Source of the DNA: an uncultured Gemmatimonadaceae bacterium
GTDB taxonomy: Bacteria; Gemmatimonadota; Gemmatimonadetes; Gemmatimonadales; Gemmatimonadaceae
Length of the DNA stretch: 64,000 nt
Reading direction: 5' to 3'
Assembly (NCBI GenBank): GCA_963829055.1
Contig: CAWHHI010000003.1
Coordinates: forward strand, 128,001-192,000
Made by a program: the position numbers and the translations under genes. Under the pieces are notes generated by a model, which worked only from the letters and a program-made list of their open reading frames with translations, ran no database searches and had not been told where the DNA came from. Below are positions 10,660 through 21,581 of the stretch, piece by piece (position 1 is the first letter of the stretch; every line of letters starts with the position of its first letter).

Positions 10660-11675
10660 GCACCGCCCGCGCTTCTCTCCGAACCGTCGCGGGGCTTGTG
10701 ATCGCGGCGGCGTTCCTGTGGCTGGCCTTTGGCCGCGTCGACTGGCACAGCCTTGCCGCGGTTGCGGCTGAAGCACAGCCAGGCCCGATCGTACTCGGCC
10801 TGGTTGCGCTCGCAGCCGGATTCTTCGTGCGCATCGTTCGCTGGTGGATGATGCTGCGCGCGCTCGAGCCCGACCTTCCACTCCGCGCCTGTGTGCGCCC
10901 GTTCCTGCTCAGCCTCGCGGTGAACAACACCATGCCGCTGCGAGCAGGTGACATTGTACGTGCAGTCGGTTTCCGTGACGCCCTGCGTTCACCCACGATG
11001 CGCGTCGTCGGAACGCTGCTCATCGAGCGCGTGCTCGATCTCTTCGTTCTGGTCGCGCTCTTCTTCGTCGGGCTGCTCGCGATTCCGGACGGCGTCATTC
11101 CGCGCGCGTTCATCACGACGGCGGGATTTCTTGGCGCCGGCGCAGTGACGGCCGTGCTCGTGCTCGTGTTCGCGCCTGCCACCATGCGCAGGATCGTCGA
11201 CCGGTTGGCGGCGAGCAACGCCCTCGCGCATCGGCGCGTGACGCCGCGACTGCGCGAAGCCGCGCATCACCTGTTCGACACGTTCTCGCTCGTGCAGTCG
11301 CCGGCGCGCGCGCTGCGGCTCGTGGCGCTGTCGCTGCTCGCGTGGGTGCTCGAGGGAAGCATGTATGCGTGCGTCGCGTGGGCACTTCATGTCGGCGGCT
11401 CGCCGATCGCCCCGTGGTTCGCCGCCGCAACGGGAACGCTCGCGACGCTGATCCCGAGCTCACCCGGCTACGTCGGCACCTTCGACTACTTCGCCATCCT
11501 CGGCCTCACTGCGTTCGGTGCGCGGCGCGTGATCGCGACGGCGTTCGCGATGATCGTGCACCTGATCCTCTGGCTGCCGGTGACGCTCGTGGGTGCTGCC
11601 TTCTTCGTCGCCCCGAGGTCCGTCCGCACCACCGCCGGCTCGCCCAGACAATCCAGGCAGCGCTCCGCTGCCTGA
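10656..11675 (+). CDS. Lysylphosphatidylglycerol-synthase TM/UPF0104 flippase-like protein
   Basis: RWW.ML, NNTMPLRAGDIVR, IERVLDL, IPSSPGYVGTF; 4-nt overlap with the GT2 gene. Confidence 0.85.
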   Translation: MSTARASLRTVAGLVIAAAFLWLAFGRVDWHSLAAVAAEAQPGPIVLGLVALAAGFFVRIVRWWMMLRALEPDLPLRACVRPFLLSLAVNNTMPLRAGDIVRAVGFRDALRSPTMRVVGTLLIERVLDLFVLVALFFVGLLAIPDGVIPRAFITTAGFLGAGAVTAVLVLVFAPATMRRIVDRLAASNALAHRRVTPRLREAAHHLFDTFSLVQSPARALRLVALSLLAWVLEGSMYACVAWALHVGGSPIAPWFAAATGTLATLIPSSPGYVGTFDYFAILGLTAFGARRVIATAFAMIVHLILWLPVTLVGAAFFVAPRSVRTTAGSPRQSRQRSAA

Positions 11676-11703
11676 CGAGTCCTTCACCCTGCAGAACCCA
11701 CGC

Positions 11704-13053
11704 ATGCCTGCGCAACATACCGTCGTCATCGGCGGCGGATTCAGCGGACTGAGCGCCGCTCTGGAGCTCGCTCGCCGCGGCGTCGCCGTCACCGTGCTCG
11801 AAGCGGAGCGCGAAGTCGGCGGCCTTGCCGGAACGTTCGAGGTCAATGGCGAACGTCTCGAGAAGTTCTACCACCACTGGTTCACGAACGACCGCCACGT
11901 CGGCGACCTCGTGAACGAGTTGGGCGAGGAAGACAAGATCGTCTACCGGCCGACGCGGACGGGGATGTACTTCGCCAACCGCATCTTCCGCCTCAGCTCC
12001 CCCGTCGACGTCCTGCGCTTCACGCCACTGCCCCTGGTCGACCGCGTTAGGCTCGGCATCCTCGCCCTGCGGGCGCGCGGGGTGAAGGACTGGCGCGCAC
12101 TCGAGGGAGAAACGGCGGAAGCATGGCTCATCCGACTCGGCGGCGAGCGCGTGTATCGCGTCGTCTGGCAGCCGCTGCTCGAGGGCAAGTTCGGGCCGTT
12201 CGCGTCGCAGGTATCCGCGGTCTGGTTCTGGAACAAGCTCAAGCTTCGCGGCGGAAGCCGCGGGAAGAGCGGGGCCGAGATGCTGGCGTACTATCGCGGT
12301 GGGTTCGCGGCGCTCGCAGACCGGCTGGCAAGTGAGGTCGGGGTACTCGGCGGCGACATCCGTCTGGGGACGTGCGCGCGCGGGCTAGTCGTCGAAGATG
12401 GTCAGGTGCGCGGCGTCGAGACGGACGACGGCACCATCGATGCCGACGCCGTCATCGCGACGCCGGCACTGCCGATCATCGCCGACCTGGTCGAGCCACA
12501 TGCGCCTGACGAGTGGGTGCGGAAGCTCCGCGCGATCGAGTACCTCGCGAACGTCTGCGTCGTGCTCGAGCTCGACCGCAGTCTGTCGGATACCTACTGG
12601 CTGAACGTCAATGATCCGGGCTTCCCGTTCGTCGGCGTGATCGAGCACACGAACTTCGAGCCGGCGTCGACGTATGGCGGCCGGCACATCGTCTATCTGT
12701 CGAAGTATCTGCCGGCGACGGCGGAGCTCTATCAGATGTCGGATGCCGACGTGCTCGAGTACTGCATCCCGCACCTTCAGCGGATGTTCCCCGCATTCGA
12801 CCGCGCGTGGATCATGGGCGCTCACGTGTGGCGTGCGCGGTACTCGCAGCCAATCGTCGGCAAGCACTACAGTCGGCTCATTCCCCCCACCGACACGCCG
12901 ATCCGTGGTTTGTATTTGTCGACCATGGCACAGGTCTATCCCGAGGATCGCGGCACGAACTACGCAATTCGCGATGGGCGGCGCGTCGGGCGGATGGTTG
13001 CTTCCGCCCTTCAGGGGAGTGACCGCGAGACGCTCGTCGAGCAGGGGAGATGA
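11704..13053 (+). CDS. FAD-dependent oxidoreductase (protoporphyrinogen oxidase-like, glycosylation-locus type)
   Basis: VIGGGFSGLSAA..L...G..VTVLE...VGGLA dinucleotide motif; LEKFYHHWF; QVYPEDRGTNYA. Confidence 0.85.
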   Translation: MPAQHTVVIGGGFSGLSAALELARRGVAVTVLEAEREVGGLAGTFEVNGERLEKFYHHWFTNDRHVGDLVNELGEEDKIVYRPTRTGMYFANRIFRLSSPVDVLRFTPLPLVDRVRLGILALRARGVKDWRALEGETAEAWLIRLGGERVYRVVWQPLLEGKFGPFASQVSAVWFWNKLKLRGGSRGKSGAEMLAYYRGGFAALADRLASEVGVLGGDIRLGTCARGLVVEDGQVRGVETDDGTIDADAVIATPALPIIADLVEPHAPDEWVRKLRAIEYLANVCVVLELDRSLSDTYWLNVNDPGFPFVGVIEHTNFEPASTYGGRHIVYLSKYLPATAELYQMSDADVLEYCIPHLQRMFPAFDRAWIMGAHVWRARYSQPIVGKHYSRLIPPTDTPIRGLYLSTMAQVYPEDRGTNYAIRDGRRVGRMVASALQGSDRETLVEQGR

Positions 13054-14844
13054 GTCTACCAACGAACGCAACGACTCCGAGATCGGGACCGGCGCTGGTT
13101 CGCGTTCCGTTCGCTGGCTCGCAGACGGACGCCGACGGGACCACGCCGGAAGTGCCTGACGCGCGGAGCGAGCAGGTCGGGCCGCGCGTTCGTCCGACGA
13201 CGCTCGAGTGGGTCGTGCTGCTGGGAGCCGCGGGTTGGATAGTCCTGTTGTTGCTGTTGCGCTGGCCGGCCCTGTTGTATCCGCAGTTCAACTCGAATTC
13301 GAACATCGATGCGGCGTTCTTCGCGCTCGCCGGCAAGTTGGTGCGCGACGGTGCCGTCCCGTACCTCGCGTTCTGGGATCACAAGCCGCCGCTCATCTAT
13401 CTGATCGACGCGCTGGCCCTGTCGGTGAGCGGCGGCGCCATCTGGGGCGTATGGCTGGCCACGGTGGCCGCGCTGCTCGTGACGTTAGGCGCCGCCGTCG
13501 CGGCGTGGCGGCGCATGTTCGGCGCGGCCGCGGCAGTCATCGCGGCCCTCGTGCTCGCGGTCTCGTTCGATGTCCCGGCACCGTTCAACCTCACCGAGGG
13601 GTTCGTGCTGCCGGCGCAGGCAGCCGCGCTGCTCATCCTCGCGCGCTGGTCCATGACGCGCGGGCGAGTCCTCGTCCCCGCGCTCGGCATCGGCGCGCTC
13701 GGCGGCATCGCGTTCCTGCTGCGCCCGAATCTGATCGGTACGCCCGCGGCCGTAGCGATCGCCATGGCGCTGACGCTGCTCATTACGCGTCGCGTGCGCG
13801 AAGTGGCAGTCCTGGTCGCCGGATGCCTCGCCGGCGCCGCGCTCGTCGTTGGTCCGGTGCTGCTCTGGTTAGGCAACGCCGGCGCCCTGGGCGCGTTCTG
13901 GGATCAGGTGTTCCACTACAACTTCGTATACACCGCGGCGTCGTTGCGGGCGCGCGTTCGTGCCGCGTTCGAAGGCGTCGCGGTCACCACGGTCTACGGA
14001 ACGCTGTTGCTCCCGCTGGCCGGTTGGTTCGTCGCCGCACAGCGCCTTCGCGCGAGCCAGCGGGATGCGGCGGCTGTACCGCCACTCATCCTCTGCCTGG
14101 TCTGGCTACCGATCGAGCTGGCACTCGCGGCGTTGCCCGGCCGACCCTACTGGCACTACTTCGCGCCAATGCTGCTCCCGCTCGCGTCTCTGGTGGCGCT
14201 CTGCGTCTCGGAGGTGTTCGCGGTCGTCGAGCGCACGCTGCCAGGAGCGGCATCCGACCGATGGCGCCGACGAGCGGTGGTGGTGTTCTGCATCGCGATC
14301 GCCGTCCTGCCGGTGGGGCGCGCGCTCTTCGAGGTGCGCGACGCGGGACTGCGCAGTGACCGCGGGAGCTGAGGTCGATCTCGCGGCACAGTACATACGC
14401 GCAAACACGGCGCCCGCCGCACCACTCCTCGTATGGGGACACGCGTCGGACATCTATCTCTCCGCCGACCGAAAGCCGGCGACCCGCTTCGTGTACCCAC
14501 TCGCGCTGTTCACTCCGGGCTACGCCGACTCCGCGCTCGTCCAGGTATTCCTGAACGACCTTCGCGCGAGTGCGCCGCCGCTCATCCTCGACACGACGCC
14601 AAATGCCAAGGGCGGGGAAGCGCTCACGCCGTCGTTGACGGCATGGAACCCGAAGTGGCGGTACCCGGAGACCGGCGTGGCGTGGTGGACGATGACGCCG
14701 GCCATGCGTGCCGTGTACGACTACGTCAAGGCGAACTACACCGCGAGCCGAGTCATCGGCCCACACCGCTGGGTGGTCTACCGGCGAATTGCAGATCCGG
14801 TCGACGTTAGGCATGCGTCCCGCAGCGCGAGCACACTGCCATGA
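13050..14844 (+). CDS. GT-C fold membrane glycosyltransferase, type B2 (frameshift near 14365)
   Basis: IDAAFF...GAVPYLAFWDHKPPLIYL; C-terminal AQYIRANT.P.APLLVWG....IYL..DRKPATRFVY in ORF 13960..14844. Confidence 0.75.
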
Positions 14845-14868
14845 CCTCACTACCATGAGTTGGCTGCC

Positions 14869-16605
14869 ATGAGCGACCCGCTACCCTCCATCGTCGCAGT
14901 TCCGAGGCTCAGCCGGCCGTTGCCGAAGCCTGTCGCCGCGGCCAAACCAAGCTGGCTCGCCGTGCACGGGATGACGATGGCGACGAGCGCGGCGGTCACG
15001 CTCGCTGTGATCGTTCGCGCGTTCCTCGTCCTCTCGCGCGACTTCCCGCTGAACGACGGCGCGCTGTTCTATCTCATGGCGAAGGAGCTCGGCGACAACG
15101 GCTTTCACCTGCCGGCGACCACCTCGTATAACGGTGCGGGAATCCCGTTCGCGTATTCGCCGCTGGGCTTCTACCTCACGGCGTTCCTCCACACCGTAGT
15201 CGGCATCGGTCTCCCTGATCTGCTCCGGATCCTCCCGCTCGTCTTCAGCTCGCTCTGCGTCATCGCGTTTTACCTGCTCGCGCGCGAGCTCAACGCGTCC
15301 CGGGCGACGGTGGTCGCCGCGTTATGCACGTTCGCCGTGCTCCCTCGGAGTTTCCTGTGGCTCATCATGGGCGGTGGGCTCACGCGTTCGATCGGATTCC
15401 TGTTCGCCATCCTCACGCTCTGGCAGGTACACCGCGTCTACACGCGACGCGCGTGGCGACACGTCGCGTGGGCGACCGCGCTCGCATCGCTCACGGTGCT
15501 CAGCCACCTCGGCACCGCCCCGTTCGTTGCGTTCAGCGCGGTGCTGATGCTGTTGTTTTTCGGCCGCCACAAGTTCGGGATCTACGCGTCACTCGCCATC
15601 GCGCTCGGGACGGTGGTGCTGACCGCACCCTGGTGGGCCAGCGTCGCCGCTGTACATGGCTTCGCGCCGTTCGCCGCTGCGGGCGCGACGGGCGGGACGG
15701 TATTCAGCTCGCAGAGTCGAGGTCAGGCACTCGCGAAGCTCGCGTTTTTCGGACTCGGAACGGCCGAGCCGCTGTTCCCCATCATCGGCGCACTGGCGAT
15801 CGTCGGCGCATTCGCGTCGATGACGCGGCGCGGTGCATTCCTGCCTGTATGGTGGTTGACGATCATCCTGCTCGACACGCGCGCGGGAGCGACCTACGCC
15901 TCCATTCCGGTCGCGTTGCTCGCGGGCATCGCGCTCACCGACATCATCGTCCCGGTGATCGCGCGTACGTCGTCGTGGTATCGCCAACCGCCGCGTCTGC
16001 CAGCCTCGAGCGGTTGGGATCTGGTCACCGTTGCGCCGCGAGCACGCCAGTGGGCCGTGGCAAGCGTGCTGACCATCCTGCTCGCCTACGGGGTCGCGTC
16101 CGCGGTGCTACGTCGGCCGAGCCTGAACGCGGAGGGCCGGTACCTAACGAGTCTGACGGCCGATGACCGTGCGGCCATGGCGTGGATCAGCCGCGAAACG
16201 CCGGCAGCGAGTCGGTTCCTCATCGTCGTTGGCGGGGCCGCCGGCGGCTGGTGGTCCGATCGGATCGGCGAATGGTTCCCGGTGCTCGCCAACCGTGTAA
16301 GTGTGGCCACGGTACAGGGTACGGAATGGCTGCCTCGCGGGACGTTCGAGATCCGTGAGCGCGGCTACGACGAGTTGCAGGGCTGTGCCGTGTGGGGGAC
16401 GCCGTGCATCGAACAGTGGGCGACCGACCATCGCCTTCCTTATACACACGTCTACCTGCCGAAGACACTCGCCTTCCCGTGCTGCGGCCCGCTCGACAGC
16501 GCGCTCCGCCACAGCAGCACGTACCGCCTGGTCTTCGACGGACCCGCGGCCACCATTTTCGTTCGCGAGGCAGCCCTTCCGCGGAAACACGTGGAGATCT
16601 GGTAA
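14869..16605 (+). CDS. GT-C fold membrane glycosyltransferase, paralog A2
   Basis: DFPLNDGALF, IPFAYSPLGFY, PRSF.WL.MGGGLTRS, EWFPVLA.R.SVATVQGTEWLP, all shared with the 5650..7350 protein. Confidence 0.78.
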   Translation: MSDPLPSIVAVPRLSRPLPKPVAAAKPSWLAVHGMTMATSAAVTLAVIVRAFLVLSRDFPLNDGALFYLMAKELGDNGFHLPATTSYNGAGIPFAYSPLGFYLTAFLHTVVGIGLPDLLRILPLVFSSLCVIAFYLLARELNASRATVVAALCTFAVLPRSFLWLIMGGGLTRSIGFLFAILTLWQVHRVYTRRAWRHVAWATALASLTVLSHLGTAPFVAFSAVLMLLFFGRHKFGIYASLAIALGTVVLTAPWWASVAAVHGFAPFAAAGATGGTVFSSQSRGQALAKLAFFGLGTAEPLFPIIGALAIVGAFASMTRRGAFLPVWWLTIILLDTRAGATYASIPVALLAGIALTDIIVPVIARTSSWYRQPPRLPASSGWDLVTVAPRARQWAVASVLTILLAYGVASAVLRRPSLNAEGRYLTSLTADDRAAMAWISRETPAASRFLIVVGGAAGGWWSDRIGEWFPVLANRVSVATVQGTEWLPRGTFEIRERGYDELQGCAVWGTPCIEQWATDHRLPYTHVYLPKTLAFPCCGPLDSALRHSSTYRLVFDGPAATIFVREAALPRKHVEIW

Positions 16606-16621
16606 GGGCCGGCGGGTGCGG

Positions 16622-16651
16622 TTGACATGGGGTTGGGCCGGGGGGTAGCCT
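16622..16651 (+). promoter_or_regulatory. Putative sigma70 promoter for tldD
   Basis: TTGACA at 16622 and TAGCCT at 16646 (18-nt spacer containing G runs), about 25 nt before the start codon. Confidence 0.45.
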
Positions 16652-16675
16652 CCCGTCCTCCCCTTCCGCCCCGTG

Positions 16676-18289
16676 ATGCCGATCAATCGAAGAGACTTCC
16701 TCAGGACCACCGCGGCCGCAGCAGCCGTAGCCGGTGGTCACGCCGTCGTCAGCGGCGCCCCGCTCGCGACCGCATTCACCGCCCCTCTCGTCGCTCCGCG
16801 CGCCGACGCCTTCATTGAAGACCTCGCGATGGAGGCGCTCAACGCCGCGAAGGATGCCGGCGCCAGCTACGCCGACGCGCGCATCGGGCGCTATCGCCGC
16901 CAGTCGCATCAACACGCGCGAGCGCCAGATCACCGGCGTCAGCCGACTCCGAGTCGTACGGACTCGGCGTCCGCACGCTCGTGGACGGCTCGTGGGGATT
17001 CGCGGCGACGAGCAACATGACGAAAGAAGGCGTCGTGAACGCCGCGCGCGAGGCCGCCCGCCTCGCGCGCGCCGCGAAGTCCGTGCAGAAGCGACCGGTC
17101 GAGCTCGCGCCGACGCCGGCCGTGAAAGGCACGTGGATGACGCCGATCGACGCGCGATCCGCTCGACGTCCCGATCGAGGAGAAGGTCGCGCTGCTGTTC
17201 GCCGCGAACGAAGCCGCACTCAAGGTCCCGAAGGTTCGCTTCGTGAACTCGGGACTGCAGCTGCTGCGCGAGGAGAAGACGCTCGCGACCACCGACGGCA
17301 CGCTCGTCACGCAGACGTTCGTCCGCGTCGGACCGCAGTTCACGGCGACGGCGGTCGGCGACGGCGACTTCCAGAGCTACACCGAAGAGCTCGCGCCGCG
17401 CGGTCAGGGCTGGGAGTACATCGAGTCGCTCGACATGCCGGGCAACGCGGCGAAGTGGGCGTCACTCGCGGTGGAGAAGCTGTCGGCGCGAAGTCCGTCG
17501 ACGTCGGCCGCTACGATCTCATTCTCGCACCCGACGAATCTCTGGCTCACGATTCACGAGTCCATCGGGCATCCGACCGAGCTCGATCGCGCGATGGGCT
17601 ACGAGGCGAACTACGCCGGCACGAGCTTCGTCGCGCCGCCGGAGAAGCAGATCGGGAAGCTCAAGTACGGCCCGGAGTTCATGAACATCCAGGGCGACCG
17701 CACGCAGGAAGGCTCGCTCGCGCGCGTGGCGTGGGACGACGAAGGCGTCGCCGCCGACAAGTGGCTGATCATCGAGAAGGGGATCTTCAAGGACTACCAG
17801 ACGACGCGCGAGCAGGCGGCGTGGATCTCGAAGCTCACCGGCGTCAACAAGTCGCACGGCTGCTCGTTCGCCGACTCGTGGGATCGAGCGTGCAGTTCCA
17901 GCGCATGCCGAACGTCTCGCTGCTGCCGGGCGAGAAGGACACGCGCTCGACGACATCATCGCGGCGACCGATCGCGGCATCATCATCAAGAATCGCGGCT
18001 CGTGGTCGATCGACCACCAGCGCTACAACTTCCAGTTCTCCGGCCAGGCGTTCTACGAAGTCAAGGGCGGCAAGATCGTCGGCATGCTCAAGGACGTCGC
18101 GTATCAGGCGAACACGCCGGAGTTCTGGAACTCATGGACATGATCGGCGGCGAAGTCCACCTACTGGCTCGGCGGCTCGTTCGGCGACGGCAAGGGCGAG
18201 CCGGCGCAGTCGAACTCCGTGAGCCACGGCTGTCGTGCCGGCGCGCTTCAAGCAGCGTGAACATCGTCAACACCGGGAGGGAGCGCTGA
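16676..18289 (+). CDS. tldD: TldD metalloprotease with Tat signal (several indels)
   Basis: MPINRRDFLRT twin-arginine leader; GASYADARIG; NLWLTIHESIGHPTELDRAMGYEANYAGTSF (HExxGH); QRMPNVSL; pieced across frames. Confidence 0.85.
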
Positions 18290-19723
18290 TGACGCCGCGC
18301 TCCCTTCTTCGCCGCCGACGCCGGCGCTTCCTCACGCGCGAGCAGGCCAAGGCGCTCGCCGATCGCGTGCTGTCGTTCGCGAAGGCGGACGAGACGCGCG
18401 TCGACGATCACGAGCGGCTGGAGCGGCAACACGCGCTTCGCCGGCGGCGAGATCACGACGTCCGGCGGCACCACCGACACGACGGTCACGGTCACGTCAG
18501 CACGATCGGCAAGCGGCGCGCATCGGCGTCGACGAACGTGCTCGACGACGAGAGCCTCGCGCGCACGGTCGACCTCGCCGAGCGACTGGCGAAGCTATCG
18601 CCCGAAGATCCGGAGATCGATGCCGGAGCTCGGGCCGCAGACGCTACGCGACCGGTCGAACGGCTTCTTCGAGAGCGACCGCCGACCTCGGCGCCGGAGG
18701 CGCGCGCCGCGGCAGCGAAGCGCGTCGATCGAGCGCGCCGAGCAGGCGGGCAAGAGCGCGGGCGACATGTTCGTCGCCGGATTTCTCGAGGCGAACGCCG
18801 GCGCGCGCGCCATCGCGACGAGCCGCGGGCTGTTCGCCTATCATCGCGTCGACGGACGCGAATCTGTCGACGACGGCGCGCACGCCGGATGGAACCGGCT
18901 CGGGGTGGGCGTCCGGCGGCGCGCGCGACTGGGGCGAGCTCGATCCGGCAGCGCTCGGCACGACGCGCCGCGCAGAAGGCGGTCGCGATCGCGCAATCCC
19001 GATCGCGATCGAGCCCGGGATGTACACGGTCGTGCTCGAGCCGCAGGCGGTGGCCGACCTCGTGCCGCAGCTCGTCGGCGCGTTCAATGCGCGCGCGAAC
19101 GACGAAGGCCGCGGCACGTTCTCGCAAGACGGGTGGCGGCACGAAGCTCGGCGAGAAGATCGCTCGACGAGCGCGTGACGATCTACTCGGATCCGACCGA
19201 CCCTGACCTGCTCGCGCAGCCGTTCGACGGCGAAGGCTTGCCGCTCAAGCGACGTCGTGTGGATCGAGAACGGCATTCTCAAGAACTTCTCGTACTACTC
19301 GCTTCTGGGCGCAGAAGCAGGGCAAGGACGGCGACGGGTGGCGGCGGTGGCGGTGGCGGCGGCGGTGGAGGCGGATTCGGCGGCGGTCGCCGCGGCGGTC
19401 TCAAGATCGTCGGCGGCACGAAGACGCACCGACGAGCTCATCGCCGGCACGCAGCGCGGCATTCTCGTCACGCACTTCTTCTACATCCGCTCGCTCGACC
19501 AGCGCACGGTGCTGCTCACGGGCCTGACGCGCGACGGCACGTTCCTCATCGAGAACGGCAAGATCACGCAGGCGCTCAAGAACTTCCGCTGGAACGAGAG
19601 CCCGCTGTTCATGCTGAACAAGATCGAGGAGATCGGAAAGGCGGAGCGCACGGCGGCAGGCCAGGTGATGCCGGCCTTCGCGTGAAGGATTTCAACTTCA
19701 CGTCGTTGTCCGACGCTGTTTGA
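18289..19723 (+). CDS. TldE/PmbA partner protein (many indels)
   Basis: LSFAKADETRV, RRASASTNVLD, DERVTIYSDP, RGILVTHFFYIR..DQRTVLLTGLTRDGTFLIENGKI...KNFRWNESP, VKDFNFTSLSDAV; coupled to tldD by a TGATG overlap. Confidence 0.8.
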
Positions 19724-19787
19724 GGAAGGAGGAAGGAGGCCTGAGGAAGGAGGCGGCCTTCGGAGGGCGGACGGCGGAGGGCGGAGG
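19722..19787. repeat. GAGGAAG/GGAGGGC heptamer tandem repeats
   Basis: Read directly. An inverse CCTTCCT stretch lies near 19941-19960 and a similar tract at 61908-61940. Confidence 0.6.
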
Positions 19788-19796
19788 CAAAAGGGA

Positions 19797-19935
19797 TGTC
19801 ATCCCGAGGAGCGACAGCGACGAGGGACCTTCTGTGATGCCATCGTAGCAATGCGGCTACGAGCACGTTCGAGAGGGTCCACGCTGCGCTCAGGATGACT
19901 TCACAGACGGTCCCTCGCTGCCGCTCGGGATGACA
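19797..19935. repeat. REP-like palindromic element TGTCATCCCGAG...GGGACC / GGTCCC...CTCGGGATGACA, with a third partial unit inside
   Basis: Terminal inverted arms between convergent genes; related element at 59385-59504. Confidence 0.75.
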
Positions 19936-19946
19936 CCGCTCCTTCC

Positions 19947-20732
19947 TCAGGCCTCCTTCCTGTGCCTCGCGGCCTCCACCAGCCGGCGAACCCGAACCTC
20001 GTCCGTCTCCTCCCACGCCGCTTCGTCGTCAGGCAGCGCCTTGCGCACCCGCACGCCCGGACGCATGGGCCCACCCCCGCCGCGCGTTAGGCGCGTCAGG
20101 CGGACGTGCACCTCCCGCACACCCGTGCCCGCGACGATCTCGCCGATGTTCTCCTCTCGGATCGTTCCGCCGGCCATCACCACCGCACGATCGCCCGCCC
20201 GACCAACGAGTGATGCCAGAACCGGGATGCCCTCGCGCGCCGTCGACGCTCCACCAGACGTGAGTACTCGGCCCACTCCCGCCGCGATCACCGCATCCAG
20301 CGCCTGCTCGAGGTCCGGCGCGAAGTCGAACGCGCGATGGAACGTGACCGGCAATGTGCCCGCCGCCTCTACCAGGGACCGCGTCTGCGGACCGTGGACC
20401 GTGCCGTCCGCATGCAACGCGCCGATCACCACACCATCGGCGCCGAGCTCGCGGGCGGCCACGATGTCACGCCGCATGACGTCGAGCTCGATGTCGGAGT
20501 AGACGAAGCCACCACCGCGCGGGCGGATGATGACGAACACCGGAATCGATACGGCCTCCCGACACGCCTCGATCATCCCGGCGCTCGGCGTCGTCCCGCC
20601 GTCGAACAGCGCGTCACACAGCTCGAGCCGCCCCGCGCCGCCGCGTTCGGCCGCCATCGACGACTCCACGGAGTCTACACACGCCTCGACCAGTACGGCT
20701 CCCGCCCCGTCCGTCCTCGCGGGACTAGTCAC
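19947..20732 (-). CDS. cutC: Copper homeostasis protein CutC
   Basis: VEACVDS, RLELC..L..GGTTPS.G, IIRPRGGGFVYS..E, VTFHRAFD, RVLTSGG. Confidence 0.93.
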   Translation of the reverse strand: MTSPARTDGAGAVLVEACVDSVESSMAAERGGAGRLELCDALFDGGTTPSAGMIEACREAVSIPVFVIIRPRGGGFVYSDIELDVMRRDIVAARELGADGVVIGALHADGTVHGPQTRSLVEAAGTLPVTFHRAFDFAPDLEQALDAVIAAGVGRVLTSGGASTAREGIPVLASLVGRAGDRAVVMAGGTIREENIGEIVAGTGVREVHVRLTRLTRGGGGPMRPGVRVRKALPDDEAAWEETDEVRVRRLVEAARHRKEA

Positions 20733-20738
20733 GCCGGC

Positions 20739-21482
20739 TCACCGCTGCGCCGGAACGAACTGCCACCGTACACGAACGGACGCCTGGACCACGAGCTCTC
20801 CCGCTTCGACGGGCGTCGGCGCGGCCATCGCCGTCTGTGCCATGACTCGGCCCATCATTGGCTGCGGTGGGTTGTACGGGTCGATCGCGATCTCCGCCAG
20901 GGCGCCTAACGAGCCACCGGCCGCTGTCGCCGTCGCCTCGGCGTCGGCACGCGCCTTGGCGACCGCCTTCTGCAGCGCCTCGCGTCGCGCGGGGTCCGGA
21001 TTCGACGCGAACAGGTTGAGCGACCCGAGATTCGTGGCGCCCGCGCCGAGCGCGGCGTCGATCACCTTGCCGATGGCGTCGATGCTCCGGACCTCGATCT
21101 GCACCGTGTTGTTCGCGCGGTACCCGGTGACCCGCGGCCCCTGACCGCTCTGCTGTGCGTACTCGGGATAGACGTTGTATCCCGACGTCCGGATCTGAGC
21201 GGCCGCGACGCCCGCGGCTTTGACCGCGTTGATCACGCGCGTCTGCTTGGCTGCGTTGGCCGAGGCAGCAGCGGCCGCGGACTGGCCCTGGGACTCGACC
21301 GCGACGTTGAGCATCGCGCGGTCCGGTACCACCTGCGCTTCGCCAACGGCGCTCGCGGAGATGCTGGGCGGCGGCGGTGGCGGCGCGCCGGGTTGGCCAC
21401 TGAGAGGCAGCGTCACGACAGGAACCGCGAGAACGGCGAGAACGGGAACGCGCCGGGCGACAGCGCGAAAGAACGAATGCAT
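20739..21482 (-). CDS. SIMPL domain (DUF541) periplasmic protein
   Basis: Signal peptide; GEAQVVPDRA.L.VAVE, IRTSGYNVYPEY, GYRANNTV, ARREAL.KAV.KARA.AE. Confidence 0.9.
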   Translation of the reverse strand: MHSFFRAVARRVPVLAVLAVPVVTLPLSGQPGAPPPPPPSISASAVGEAQVVPDRAMLNVAVESQGQSAAAAASANAAKQTRVINAVKAAGVAAAQIRTSGYNVYPEYAQQSGQGPRVTGYRANNTVQIEVRSIDAIGKVIDAALGAGATNLGSLNLFASNPDPARREALQKAVAKARADAEATATAAGGSLGALAEIAIDPYNPPQPMMGRVMAQTAMAAPTPVEAGELVVQASVRVRWQFVPAQR

Positions 21483-21581
21483 GGGCACCTCCATCGGAAG
21501 CGGTGAACGCGTGACCGATGGTACACCACTGCGGGCTACGTACCCGCCTCCATGCCCGCGCTCGCCCAATCTACTCGCCCG

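Noticed and set aside
16676..19723. Dense frameshifts suggesting pseudogenes or programmed frameshifting (also kinase, amidase, susC, GT-C genes)
   Set aside because: Indels are spread over many unrelated genes that keep intact catalytic motifs, and I noticed no in-frame nonsense decay or slippery sites. This fits an unpolished long-read consensus.
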